A stretch of 64,000 nucleotides of DNA. Source: Deltaproteobacteria bacterium (GTDB taxonomy: Bacteria > UBA10199 > DSSB01 > JACPFA01). Positions 35,576 to 44,924 of this stretch are shown here, piece after piece (the stretch's first letter is position 1; the number at the start of each line of letters is the position of its first letter). Where the stretch lies: assembly GCA_016183235.1 (NCBI GenBank), contig JACPFA010000016.1:2834-66833 (forward strand), in the 5' to 3' direction. Position numbers and translations under genes: made by a program. The notes under the pieces were generated by a model. It made no database searches and was not told the DNA's origin. It saw nothing but the letters and a program-made list of their open reading frames with translations.

Positions 35576-37201
35576 ATGTCTGGCCCAGAAGATAAAGCAA
35601 CTCTAAAAATTTATAATTTTCGATGGATACCTACAGACTTCTTCGAAATGGACAGAAATAAAGACATGCGGCTCAGTGTTGGGGAATTTCTTCAATCTAA
35701 TCAGCCACCACACTTCGTTGATCGAGTAGTGTCATCTTGGATAAATTTTTCAGGTCTACCGAAAGATTCTCAGCATCCAGACACCAACAATAGTTTTAAT
35801 GATGGAAGAGACTTTTTAAAGGAATTAGAACAAAGAGATCCTCACCGTGCTGCAGACTTATACCAATCCATCCTCACGTATTCCAGGTCACTTTATACTC
35901 CTATGGCACGCTCTTTCCTATCACGTCAGTCTCCTACACCCGGGCTTACGCTACTTTCGGATACAGAAGGGAGGATCACACACCTGCTTATAGTCCTAAG
36001 AAAGGATCGCCAATATGACATGCTAGAACCCATCAAACGACTTTTACAGATATATCCCAAGGCAAAAATCACCATCCTCTCTGAGAAAAAATCTGAAACA
36101 GAAATAAGAAGTCTGTTAAGAGATGAACTACCAGATGATGGTTTAGCACGCATAGATTTTGCTTCTGGAAGATTTGCAATCGGTACTAGTGAAAGTGAAG
36201 TTCACGACTGGCCACAAGATCCCATTCATGTGATAAAAGACAGGAATGGAGAAAATGTTATAATTGAGGCTTCCCATCAAGATATAAGCCTTCTCCATCC
36301 CACCACTAGACCAGAATCACTGACTAATTTTGCCGATGTTCTAGCCGAGCATCTCCACATGAGGCGCGTGGTTGCACCCTTTGATATTGATGGTGGTAAT
36401 GTTGTAACAACACCTGATGAAATTTTTGTAGGCATTGATGAAATCAATAGACACGTCTTCGAAGAGCCTCAATTGAAAAAAGAAATTGAAGGGGAATTTT
36501 CTAATCCCTCCAACATCGAGACATCGCGTCAGGGTAATTTTATAATGGCCGAATTTGATGCCGAAGGAGAACATCATAAAATTACTTTTCCATTACGAAC
36601 AAGAGAAGCATTTATGGAAACCTTAAAAAGATATTTTGGCGACAAAAAAATAGTATTTATTGACAACGGAAAGGGAAACCAAGCTATTGCCCATATCGAT
36701 ACGTTTTTTCACCCTTTACCATTGACACACGCGAAAGATGGAAAGCCCTTTGTTTTAGTGGGTAATCCACAACTTGCCGAACGGATAATTCAAGCAATCC
36801 CCCCTGAACGTTTAGAAAGATACAGAAATGAAATCAATGCCAAAGGCGGCCATTACTTTAAATCCCTTTTATTTCGACATGATCAATATGAAACAGAATT
36901 ACAGTCCGAGCTAGATCAACACGCCCAACAACTTGAACTGCTCGGGTACCATGTGATTCGAGTACCCTATCACCCTAATATGACTCTTTCTTACACAAAT
37001 TCACTTTTCGAACATCAACATGAGGGTGGGGAAAATATCTATCATGTCACAATGCCTTCCTATGGGATCGATGAAATGGACCATTGGGTGAAGGAACTTT
37101 TCACAAGTTTGGGATTCGAAGTCAACACCATTGATTTACGAGAGAGGGCTGGGCAGTTTGGTGCGTTGCGATGTAGCGTCAAGGTATTAAATAGAACGTA
37201 A
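35576..37201 (+). CDS. guanidino-group-modifying-enzyme fold protein (arginine/agmatine deiminase or amidinotransferase superfamily) with an N-terminal EF-hand-like loop
   Basis: DIDGGNVV, AIAHIDTFFHP, and the C-terminal catalytic-Cys context FGALRCSVKV. EF-like loop DRNKDMRLSVGE near the N-terminus. Substrate unknown. Confidence 0.6.
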   Translation: MSGPEDKATLKIYNFRWIPTDFFEMDRNKDMRLSVGEFLQSNQPPHFVDRVVSSWINFSGLPKDSQHPDTNNSFNDGRDFLKELEQRDPHRAADLYQSILTYSRSLYTPMARSFLSRQSPTPGLTLLSDTEGRITHLLIVLRKDRQYDMLEPIKRLLQIYPKAKITILSEKKSETEIRSLLRDELPDDGLARIDFASGRFAIGTSESEVHDWPQDPIHVIKDRNGENVIIEASHQDISLLHPTTRPESLTNFADVLAEHLHMRRVVAPFDIDGGNVVTTPDEIFVGIDEINRHVFEEPQLKKEIEGEFSNPSNIETSRQGNFIMAEFDAEGEHHKITFPLRTREAFMETLKRYFGDKKIVFIDNGKGNQAIAHIDTFFHPLPLTHAKDGKPFVLVGNPQLAERIIQAIPPERLERYRNEINAKGGHYFKSLLFRHDQYETELQSELDQHAQQLELLGYHVIRVPYHPNMTLSYTNSLFEHQHEGGENIYHVTMPSYGIDEMDHWVKELFTSLGFEVNTIDLRERAGQFGALRCSVKVLNRT

Positions 37202-37321
37202 GCGGATTTGGAATTTAAGAAATTTAAACCGGAGGCGTTATAGCCTTTCAGAAATCCCATAGATCAAGGCGCCCGCCTTGGGCGGACAACGCATAGTAAG
37301 GGCAATTATGAAAGGCGGTCC

Positions 37322-37358
37322 AAAAAAAAGCCCCGTGGAAGGAGAGTACCACGGGGCT
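37322..37358 (-). terminator. intrinsic terminator oriented for the minus strand, with no minus-strand CDS upstream
   Basis: The minus strand reads agccccgtgg-tactctcctt-ccacggggct followed by T8. On the plus strand no T-run follows the hairpin. Confidence 0.6.
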
Positions 37359-37472
37359 TACCCAATCTCGCTAAAGTCTAAAGCACAGTAGGTTATACGT
37401 AATCAGGCCTATTTAGTTTTACCTTATCTTAAAAAAATTGATTTCCCCGGCTAAAAAAGCTATTTTCCGCCC

Positions 37473-38099
37473 ATGAAATACCCCTTAATAATCTTAATTA
37501 GCTTTGCCCTTGCACAACCCGTCTTTGCCAAGACCGTCCAACCCCCAAAAAATCTTGCGACACTGCTGGCAACCCAGGCCCTTTCTGAACCTTTGCGGGG
37601 CAAAAACCCCGAATTTTTTATTCGTGGGGTGATTATGAATTATCAAGAGCTTGGCAAATCCCAATATAAAGTGACTTTCCTGCCCATCGAGGTCTTAAGC
37701 AACCGCCAACATTATGTCACCTTCGATCGCTTTCAAAATGGCCTTGATACCACCCTCACCCTTACCACTAAAAGTATCCGCCATTTAAAAAAGGGGAATG
37801 TCGCCGAATTAAACCAATATTATATTGTACATGAAGAGGGGAAGGGCAATGCTAAACTAATCGCCCTAGAGTTTCGGCAAGATTTTCAGGCCTACCCTGC
37901 CTCCGCGGCTCCTTACTTAAGCAAGCCCAATCTGCTCGAACCGCAACTTACCAATGCCCTCAAGGGTCTTTTACTTTTTGAAGGTAGCTTAACCGACAAT
38001 ACCAAATTAAGAGACGATTTAGATCGTTTGAGCAAGCACCCCAACAAAACCCTTGCAACGTTAGCCAGCAACGCCCGCAAAAAGATTTTTAATAATTAA
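37473..38099 (+). CDS. hypothetical secreted protein (208 aa)
   Basis: Signal peptide MKYPLIILISFALAQPVFA. No recognisable motif. Confidence 0.7.
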   Translation: MKYPLIILISFALAQPVFAKTVQPPKNLATLLATQALSEPLRGKNPEFFIRGVIMNYQELGKSQYKVTFLPIEVLSNRQHYVTFDRFQNGLDTTLTLTTKSIRHLKKGNVAELNQYYIVHEEGKGNAKLIALEFRQDFQAYPASAAPYLSKPNLLEPQLTNALKGLLLFEGSLTDNTKLRDDLDRLSKHPNKTLATLASNARKKIFNN

Positions 38100-38107
38100 T
38101 AACCTAC

Positions 38108-39328
38108 ATGAACCCTCTTGCCCCCATTCCTGTGGTCTATGGCTTACCCTTTCTGGTTTTGCTGTTATGTGTCCTATTTTTGCCTTGGTTAACCCCACGT
38201 TTTTGGAATAAAAATCTCTACAAAGTCATGGTCGTGGCTTTATTAAGCGCCTTAACCTGGCACTTTTTTGGAAAAAATTATGGCTATGCCCCCTTTCGCC
38301 ATCGATTTGGAGATTATTTTTCACTCCTTTGCTGGATAAGTTCTATTTATATTATTGCAGGGGGCATTGTGCTGAGGGGTTTAAAGAAAAGCTCCCCCGT
38401 GCTGAATACCCTCCTTTTGGCCGCGGGGGCCCTCATCGCCAATTTTATTGGGGGCATTGGGGCAACCGTTCTCATGTTAGCCCCCTTTTTAAGGGCCAAC
38501 CAATCCCGCCAAAGTTCTAACCATTTAATTGTTTTTTTTATCATCCTCGTCACTAATTTAGGCGCCATCTTAACCCCCGTTGATTACCTTTTTGCCTTCT
38601 TTTTTCCATTTTATAGTAAAACCCCCAACCCCCTCAATGTTTGGCACCTGAAGTTATTGCCCTTTTGGTTGACATCGCTGGTTTATTTGCTCATCCATTT
38701 TTATTGGCTGGACTCGCTAAAATTTAAAAAAGAAAATCAACCCATTGAAAAATTGCGAGATTTATTATCCCATTTTTCTTTGCGGGGGATTTACAATTTT
38801 ATACTTCTAATCGGTGCAGGCGGGGCATATTTTTTCCCTACCCCTTATCGCGAAAGCCTGCTTTTTGCCCTCGCCGGTTGCAGTTTAATGTTAACTTCCC
38901 ATGAATTGCGCAACGAAAACGCATTTTCTTTTAAACCCATGGTCGAAGTCGCTATTCTTTTGTTTGGAATTTCTATCACCGCCATACCCGTTATCAATAT
39001 TTTATCATCTTCCGTCCCTGCTTTTGGTAGTTATGTTCAGTCTTTTTGGCTAAGTGGAATCAGCGCAAGCCTATTCAACAAAATTCCTGCCTTTGCCGCC
39101 TTTGCCCAAATGGGAAATTACGATTTTCTGTGGTACAGTACGATCTTTGCGGCGACCTCCCTTTTTGGCACCCTCACGTATTTTGGCAACGTCCTCAATC
39201 TCATGGTTCAAACCATGACTCATGGCTTGGGCCTAAAAACCCCCAACCATGCGGTTTATTTAGCTTGGGCTAGTCTTGCCCTATTTCCTATTTTATTAGT
39301 GATCTCGGTCATTCTTTATTTGCATTAG
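38108..39328 (+). CDS. polytopic membrane permease, possibly NhaD/ArsB/CitMHS (ion-transporter superfamily)-like
   Basis: About 10-12 hydrophobic segments across 406 aa. The family assignment rests on overall look only. Confidence 0.5.
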   Translation: MNPLAPIPVVYGLPFLVLLLCVLFLPWLTPRFWNKNLYKVMVVALLSALTWHFFGKNYGYAPFRHRFGDYFSLLCWISSIYIIAGGIVLRGLKKSSPVLNTLLLAAGALIANFIGGIGATVLMLAPFLRANQSRQSSNHLIVFFIILVTNLGAILTPVDYLFAFFFPFYSKTPNPLNVWHLKLLPFWLTSLVYLLIHFYWLDSLKFKKENQPIEKLRDLLSHFSLRGIYNFILLIGAGGAYFFPTPYRESLLFALAGCSLMLTSHELRNENAFSFKPMVEVAILLFGISITAIPVINILSSSVPAFGSYVQSFWLSGISASLFNKIPAFAAFAQMGNYDFLWYSTIFAATSLFGTLTYFGNVLNLMVQTMTHGLGLKTPNHAVYLAWASLALFPILLVISVILYLH

Positions 39329-39334
39329 TTTTTG

Positions 39335-39467
39335 TAACCAGTCAGTGAACGGGTGAAACAAAGCGTTGTGTCATTCCTGCGAAGGCAGGAATCCAGTCTT
39401 TTTTCAGTATTTCTGGATCCCCGCCCTCGCGGGGATGACAGCCAACCACCCGTTCACTGACTGGTTA
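39335..39467. repeat. nested palindromic element: outer 21-bp inverted repeat enclosing a REP-type doublet
   Basis: Outer arms are taaccagtcagtgaacgggtg ... cacccgttcactgactggtta. Inner units are gtcattcctgcgaaggcaggaatccag ... ctggatccccgccctcgcggggatgac. Confidence 0.85.
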
Positions 39468-39537
39468 TTAGTTTTTAAAATTAAAACTTGAATTTTTTTG
39501 CTTCGGTACTAGAGTGCATGCAGCGAAAGGGGGCCCC

Positions 39538-40380
39538 ATGAAGGCTTTAAATTTTGTCTTTTTTATTGTTTTTTTAGTCATTGGCGAAATGGTCGCCATT
39601 TCGATTGCTGCCGTATCACCACCGTTGGGTGGGTTGGTTGGCGTGCTGGCCTTCTTTTTTGCCCTTTTCATCGCCATTATGATTAAGGTTGCCTACCAAT
39701 GGGAACGGGCGGTGGTCTTGCGCCTTGGGAAATACAGCTCCACCAAGGGGCCAGGTCTATTTTTGGTCATTCCTATTATTGATCAAGCCATTTTTATCGA
39801 CACGCGCATCCTTACCGTCGACATTCCCCAACAACAGGCCATCACCAAAGACAATGTGCCGGTAACCGTTAATGGGGTCATCTTTTTCCAAGTGCAAGAC
39901 CCTAAACTCGCTATTCTCACCATTCAAAATTATTCCTTTGCCATGCGCGAATATGCCTTAGCCACCTTGCGCGATATCATCGGCGAATTTATTTTAGACT
40001 CACTGCTCTCCGAGCGCGAACTTATTGGGAAAAAGATCGAAGATGCCGTAGAAAAAGAAGCCTCCAAGTGGGGATTAGTGGTCAGTTCAATCAAAATTCA
40101 AGATATCGACATGCCCGAAGAATTGAAAAAGATGATGAGCCGGCAAGCTAGTGCCGAGCGTGAAAAACGCGCCACCATCACCAAGGCCGAGGGCGATCGC
40201 GATGCCTCCATCAACCTGGCCCATGCTGCCAGAACCATGGCTGAGAGCCCCGGCGCCATGCAACTTCGCACCCTGCAAACCATCGATGGTCTAGGGCCAA
40301 CGGCTTCCAATACTGTTGTGATTCCGTTGCCGGTTGAGTTTTTTCAAACCATGCAAGCGTTTGTCAAAAAGAACGCCTAA
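39538..40380 (+). CDS. SPFH/band-7 (stomatin-like, slipin) family protein
   Basis: YQWERAVVLRLGKY, KGPGLFLVIPIID, ITKDNVPVTVNGVIFFQV, and a C-terminal coiled ERE..A.I..AEG. Start placed at the ATG at 39538 after aaggggg. Confidence 0.9.
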   Translation: MKALNFVFFIVFLVIGEMVAISIAAVSPPLGGLVGVLAFFFALFIAIMIKVAYQWERAVVLRLGKYSSTKGPGLFLVIPIIDQAIFIDTRILTVDIPQQQAITKDNVPVTVNGVIFFQVQDPKLAILTIQNYSFAMREYALATLRDIIGEFILDSLLSERELIGKKIEDAVEKEASKWGLVVSSIKIQDIDMPEELKKMMSRQASAEREKRATITKAEGDRDASINLAHAARTMAESPGAMQLRTLQTIDGLGPTASNTVVIPLPVEFFQTMQAFVKKNA

Positions 40381-41931
40381 GGGCGGGTCAAAAGGTTTTG
40401 CCATGGCATAATGCCAAAGCGACACCCTCCCCGCTTCAGCCACCTTCATCAGATGAGGCACCTGATTAAGTTTAGCCAAAAAATCGGGCGGCGGGGCATT
40501 AATAAACCAATAATCGTAGTAATAGCCATTGGCGAGCAATTTTGCCCATCCGATCTCGCGTAACTTATTACAATCAATGGTTCCAACTCTATCGGTAGGC
40601 TGGCAGGCATTATTTTCCGCAAGATGTTGTGGCTCAATTTCAGTAGGGGCTGGGAAATAAGTAGGAGTAGAAGGATGAATTCTAAAAATCGACATTAAAT
40701 GGTCATAAGCAAAAAGATTAGGGGCAAGCACCATGCGATCATCAGGGTAAACCGCCCATAAATGAAGCAAATGAGGGAAATTACGCGCGCTCCCATTTAT
40801 TTCGAAATTAAGTGGATAAAGTAGGCTTTGCTTAGGCAAATGAGTATAAACTTGCTTGGCTTCTTGAACGATTTTTTGATCTGCCTGTATGCCTTGCCAA
40901 ATATCGGCACCTAAAATTAAAAAAGTAAAAATGCTTGCCGCCCCTACCCATTTTTTAAAACGAGTTGAAACCACCAATCCCAAGGGAAGAAATAAAAAAA
41001 TGTAAGGCACAAACCTTTGGTTAATATGACTGCCGCTGTTACCTCGGTCCGGAAATAAAAAATAAAGTAGCAAGGCACTCAACCAATAAATTTTAAACGA
41101 AACAGGAACCCGCCACAGGGAATAAAGCATCATGCCCAGCAACAAACCAAGATAGGGCAAATGCAAACTAAAGGGCAAAAAACCAAACCGAGGAAAGTTT
41201 GCACCAAAGAGTTTAGTTAATAAAAGAAATACCGGAAGTGCGGTATAATCAATATGGGAATCTGCTGCAGTCAACAAATAAGTAAAGATGAACGCCATGA
41301 AAAACCCAACCGCAATCAAGGCAAATGGCAAAATTATTTTTAGGCGAGTTCTCCAATAGTGCCAGGTCATAATAGCTATGCTTAAGTTGATGATAAAAAA
41401 TGGGAAGGGGTGGGCTAAAAAAGCAGCCCAACTGGACAACAAAAAAGCTATAACCCACCTTAAGTTCTTTGTCTCAACGCCTTGCTTAAAAAAAGCCAAC
41501 GCTAAGAAAGTAAAAGGGATGCTAGCCAAAAAATTATACATCCCCTTGATGAAAAATAGATCAAACACAAAGGGTAGGGCTATAACCCACAAATCACGAT
41601 TGGCAGGGTACCAACATTGAAGAAATAATCGATAACTGATCAGCAACAACACGGCAAAAAAACCGTAGAACCATTTTTCATAAGCATCGATGCTTAAAAC
41701 CTTTAAAGCGGGAACAGCCAGACAGGTAAAAAGCGAATTCGTCGTTAACCAACAACTATTCCGTTGGTAAACTTTTTGGGCAAGGGGGCTAGTGGGCAAC
41801 TGTTGATAAAGCGTCACTACCTTTTTATGATTGGGGCCATCTTGAGTAAGTAACGGAACTTTATAAAAAAAAATCCCTATAAAAATGATGGCGCAGATCA
41901 AAAAGCCATGCTTTAGTGCAAAGTTCCTCAT
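40291..41931 (-). CDS. polytopic membrane protein (546 aa), GT-C-like putative glycosyltransferase with a soluble C-terminal domain
   Basis: About 10 TM segments in the first ~345 aa, then ~200 aa soluble. The function is inferred from architecture only. Its 3' end overlaps the SPFH gene by 90 bp. Confidence 0.5.
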   Translation of the reverse strand: MRNFALKHGFLICAIIFIGIFFYKVPLLTQDGPNHKKVVTLYQQLPTSPLAQKVYQRNSCWLTTNSLFTCLAVPALKVLSIDAYEKWFYGFFAVLLLISYRLFLQCWYPANRDLWVIALPFVFDLFFIKGMYNFLASIPFTFLALAFFKQGVETKNLRWVIAFLLSSWAAFLAHPFPFFIINLSIAIMTWHYWRTRLKIILPFALIAVGFFMAFIFTYLLTAADSHIDYTALPVFLLLTKLFGANFPRFGFLPFSLHLPYLGLLLGMMLYSLWRVPVSFKIYWLSALLLYFLFPDRGNSGSHINQRFVPYIFLFLPLGLVVSTRFKKWVGAASIFTFLILGADIWQGIQADQKIVQEAKQVYTHLPKQSLLYPLNFEINGSARNFPHLLHLWAVYPDDRMVLAPNLFAYDHLMSIFRIHPSTPTYFPAPTEIEPQHLAENNACQPTDRVGTIDCNKLREIGWAKLLANGYYYDYWFINAPPPDFLAKLNQVPHLMKVAEAGRVSLWHYAMAKPFDPPLGVLFDKRLHGLKKLNRQRNHNSIGSRWP

Positions 41932-41984
41932 AAATTAGCCTTGCTGGAGGCTAAACCACAACCTGACGAAACACAAAATAAAAT

Positions 41985-43604
41985 ATGGAATCGATTCTCC
42001 ATGCCTATAAACGCCACCAAAAACTAGGGTGGTTGCTCTTTTTATTGATTGGGGCATGTTCCGCTTATTTTTCCAAAGGCTTGCATCAGTTGGACGAACA
42101 CTACCAAGTCATCGAATGGAGCCGATGGATCATGGGGGAGAGCTTTTCGCAAACCTGGGAAGCCACCCAAAAATTGCGGCACCCACTTCTCTCTTACTGG
42201 ATGGCCGGTTACTTAAAACTGGGAATGGGTTTAGGAATCCAAAACCCCGAATCGCTTATGCTATGGGCCCGCTTACTTTCTTTTGTCTTTAATGGCTCAA
42301 TACAGCTTTATTGTCTTTATCAATTTGGCAAACGTCTTTTTTCTCACAGCGATCAACGTTTGTGGTTTCCCTTTTTATTCATCAGCTCCCCTTTTATTTA
42401 TTATTTTTTGGTGCGTACCAGCAGCGAAACCTATGCCATGACGTTTTTATTGTTGTCGCTCACCTTGATGCTCAATCTCACTCGCCTCCCAACTTATTTA
42501 AGCCAAATATTGGCTGGCTTTTGCACGGTGGTGGCCTTTGCTATGCGCTTTGCAGTAGCCGCGGCCTTTATGGGGCAACTGGTTATTTTATTTGGGCAGT
42601 TGCGCAAGCGGCAATGGGGGCAATTTTTTGCTTATGGAATGGGCATTCTCCTGGGCCTCATGTTTTTTATGTTCATTGAATACGAGTTTTATGGGGAATA
42701 TTTTGCAAGCCCTATTCAATACTACCAATTTAATGTGGGCAGCGGAGAATCCGCTTCAACTTTTGGCATAGAACCGGGCTTCAATTTTTTAACCTTTTTT
42801 TTGGTCATTTTTTTCCCACTCAATATTTTATGGTTGTTTAAATTAATTTTTAAGCCACACCAATTGCAATGTGAAAACAACCCAGCCTTCGCTGCTATTT
42901 TCTTATCCCTTATTGTTGCCTGCATCAGTTTTACCTTAGTGCATTTGAAAATTGGTCATAAAGAATTTCGCTTTCTCCTTCCCATCCTCCCACTACTTTT
43001 TATCCTCATCGTATTTCCTTTAATCCAACGCCCCCTCATCACCCGAAAAATTTGGGCGGCGATGATTTTTTTGCAAATTCCTATCTTTTTTTATTTGTCT
43101 TCAAACTACCCTATTCAACTACCCGTCACCCGAGTAGGTTGCAATCCCATGGCTTGGCACCGCAACAAGCCCACTACCATGATCTGGACAGAAGGGGCCT
43201 ATCGATTTTACCATTTCCCGGCTTTTTACTGTGGTATTCCTATTGAAGTGCTGCCGCTTGCCCAAAGATTCCCGGTGGAACTTGTCGCCACCCAGTCAGA
43301 GTTGAGAACTTATTTAAAAACCCTACTCCCCTTTGCACCCAAAAAAAATGACCCTATTCAACCACGCTTTGTTAGACAAGATAGTTGGTTTTATTCGGAT
43401 GAAGAAAGGGCAGCCCAACTCAAAACACTCCCCCTCTTGCTAAGCTTTTCCCGCAAACAGCCGCCCAAATCTATCCCTGAGGGGTGCTTTTTGAAAAGAG
43501 CCCCTCAACCTTTTGATTTTTTGGTGAGGCCGTTGCCTTCCCCTATTCAGAATTGGTTCTTGAGCCACAATTTCTATTTATATTGTGCTAAACCCCTTAG
43601 CTAA
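41985..43604 (+). CDS. GT-C glycosyltransferase, family-22-like (Alg9/PIG-B-type mannosyltransferase motif)
   Basis: N-terminal loop motif LDEHYQVIEW resembles the GT22 (D/E)E(H/Y/F)(F/W/Y)Q..E signature. More than 10 TM segments. Confidence 0.55.
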   Translation: MESILHAYKRHQKLGWLLFLLIGACSAYFSKGLHQLDEHYQVIEWSRWIMGESFSQTWEATQKLRHPLLSYWMAGYLKLGMGLGIQNPESLMLWARLLSFVFNGSIQLYCLYQFGKRLFSHSDQRLWFPFLFISSPFIYYFLVRTSSETYAMTFLLLSLTLMLNLTRLPTYLSQILAGFCTVVAFAMRFAVAAAFMGQLVILFGQLRKRQWGQFFAYGMGILLGLMFFMFIEYEFYGEYFASPIQYYQFNVGSGESASTFGIEPGFNFLTFFLVIFFPLNILWLFKLIFKPHQLQCENNPAFAAIFLSLIVACISFTLVHLKIGHKEFRFLLPILPLLFILIVFPLIQRPLITRKIWAAMIFLQIPIFFYLSSNYPIQLPVTRVGCNPMAWHRNKPTTMIWTEGAYRFYHFPAFYCGIPIEVLPLAQRFPVELVATQSELRTYLKTLLPFAPKKNDPIQPRFVRQDSWFYSDEERAAQLKTLPLLLSFSRKQPPKSIPEGCFLKRAPQPFDFLVRPLPSPIQNWFLSHNFYLYCAKPLS

Positions 43605-44264
43605 TTTACTTGATAGCAGTTGGAGTTGGGGAAGATGCTTTTGGGCTGCACTTAAAATTTGCCGTGGAGTTTTTTTAATATTGGCAAACCAATCTTGGAT
43701 CATCCCTTCAGTCATTTCAGGGTGAAACTGCAGCCCATAAACCTTTTTACCATAACGAAAGGCCTGATGTTTAAACACCCCTGACTCTGCCAAATGCACC
43801 GCACCTTTAGGCAAATCAAAAGTCTCGCCATGCCACTGAAACATCATGAGCTTTTGAGGCCACTGTTTAAAAATGGGATCTTCTGCTGCGGCTCGAGTAA
43901 GCAAAAGCGGATACCAACCAATTTCTTGAACCCCCTGCGGATGACCATAAACAGGAGCCCCTAGGCTTTTGGCAATTAATTGCGAACCCAAACAAATGCC
44001 TAACAAAGGTTTGTCTGCCTCAATAATTTTGGGGATCAATGCCAATTCGGTTTTAATAAATGAAATCGTGGCTTCGTCATTGGCGCTCATGGGCCCACCC
44101 ATGATGATAAACCCATCATAATTTTTAACCGTAGCAGCAATATCTAAAAAAGGTTTTTCATAAAGCCCATGAATTTTAACCTCTGCCTCTTGGCTTAAAT
44201 ATTCCCCCAAGGTCCCCAAGCCTTCATAAGCTACATGCGTAAGTGCTAATATTTTTTTTGACAT
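43578..44264 (-). CDS. class-I glutamine amidotransferase (GuaA-N-terminal-like)
   Basis: Nucleophile elbow LGICLGSQL. His/Glu pair in GLQFHPE. Confidence 0.85.
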   Translation of the reverse strand: MSKKILALTHVAYEGLGTLGEYLSQEAEVKIHGLYEKPFLDIAATVKNYDGFIIMGGPMSANDEATISFIKTELALIPKIIEADKPLLGICLGSQLIAKSLGAPVYGHPQGVQEIGWYPLLLTRAAAEDPIFKQWPQKLMMFQWHGETFDLPKGAVHLAESGVFKHQAFRYGKKVYGLQFHPEMTEGMIQDWFANIKKTPRQILSAAQKHLPQLQLLSSKLAKGFSTI

Positions 44265-44383
44265 AAATTTATTCTATACTTTTGTAAAAATTGTCATAAA
44301 CACCATGATCTTTTTTGGTTCTTTCGTCAATAAGTTGCAAATATGGATGGAAAAATAACTCAATATGATTTGGTGTGATGTTT

Positions 44384-44472
44384 GTCATCCCTGCGAAGGC
44401 AGGGATCCAGTGCAGAAAAGATTAGATAGAGTCAATGAATCCAGATTGGATCCCTGCCTTCGCAGGGATGAC
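44384..44472. repeat. REP doublet (GTCATCCCTGCGAAGGCAGGGATCCA perfect 26-nt inverted arms)
   Basis: gtcatccctgcgaaggcagggatcca ... tggatccctgccttcgcagggatgac. Confidence 0.95.
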
Positions 44473-44525
44473 ATTCAGTCTGATTTGCAACTTATTGATG
44501 AATGAACCATAAAATCGAGAACTTT

Positions 44526-44924
44526 TCATGAATCCAATTTCTGATAAAAACGTTCTTGAGATAATTTTAACCGGCTAGGCACTACCGGTTGTCTTAACTG
44601 CCAATCCCCTAAAAATAAAAATTCTTGCGCACGAGGATTTTTTTCATCTAAGAAACGCAGATCTTCTAGTAAGGCCCTATAAACGCGTGATTGAGGGTAA
44701 AGTAATTGTCTTAATTTGATTTCTTCGAGCAATTGTCTACGAAGCACTTCTAGCAAAGGAATCGATTTTTCAGTAAGCTCGTAAAAAACTCTACCTCGTC
44801 TATAGACTTTACGAACAATCTTTCTCTGCAATGCCAACTTGAGCATGTTACGTGCACGGTGAGTTATGAACGCATTTCTAGGCAAAACCCCGCTGGAAAT
44901 AATCTTTTTTAAAATATCTATCAT
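44526..44924 (-). CDS. hypothetical protein (132 aa), possibly a winged-helix DNA-binding protein
   Basis: Basic helical N-terminal half (RKIVRKVYRRGRVFYELTEK). No firm motif. Confidence 0.45.
   Translation of the reverse strand: MIDILKKIISSGVLPRNAFITHRARNMLKLALQRKIVRKVYRRGRVFYELTEKSIPLLEVLRRQLLEEIKLRQLLYPQSRVYRALLEDLRFLDEKNPRAQEFLFLGDWQLRQPVVPSRLKLSQERFYQKLDS

Noticed and set aside
42029-42679. Alternative-frame ORFs (87 aa and 122 aa) inside the GT22-like gene
   Set aside because: They are fully nested in a 539-aa ORF with coherent TM architecture, so they are frame artefacts.
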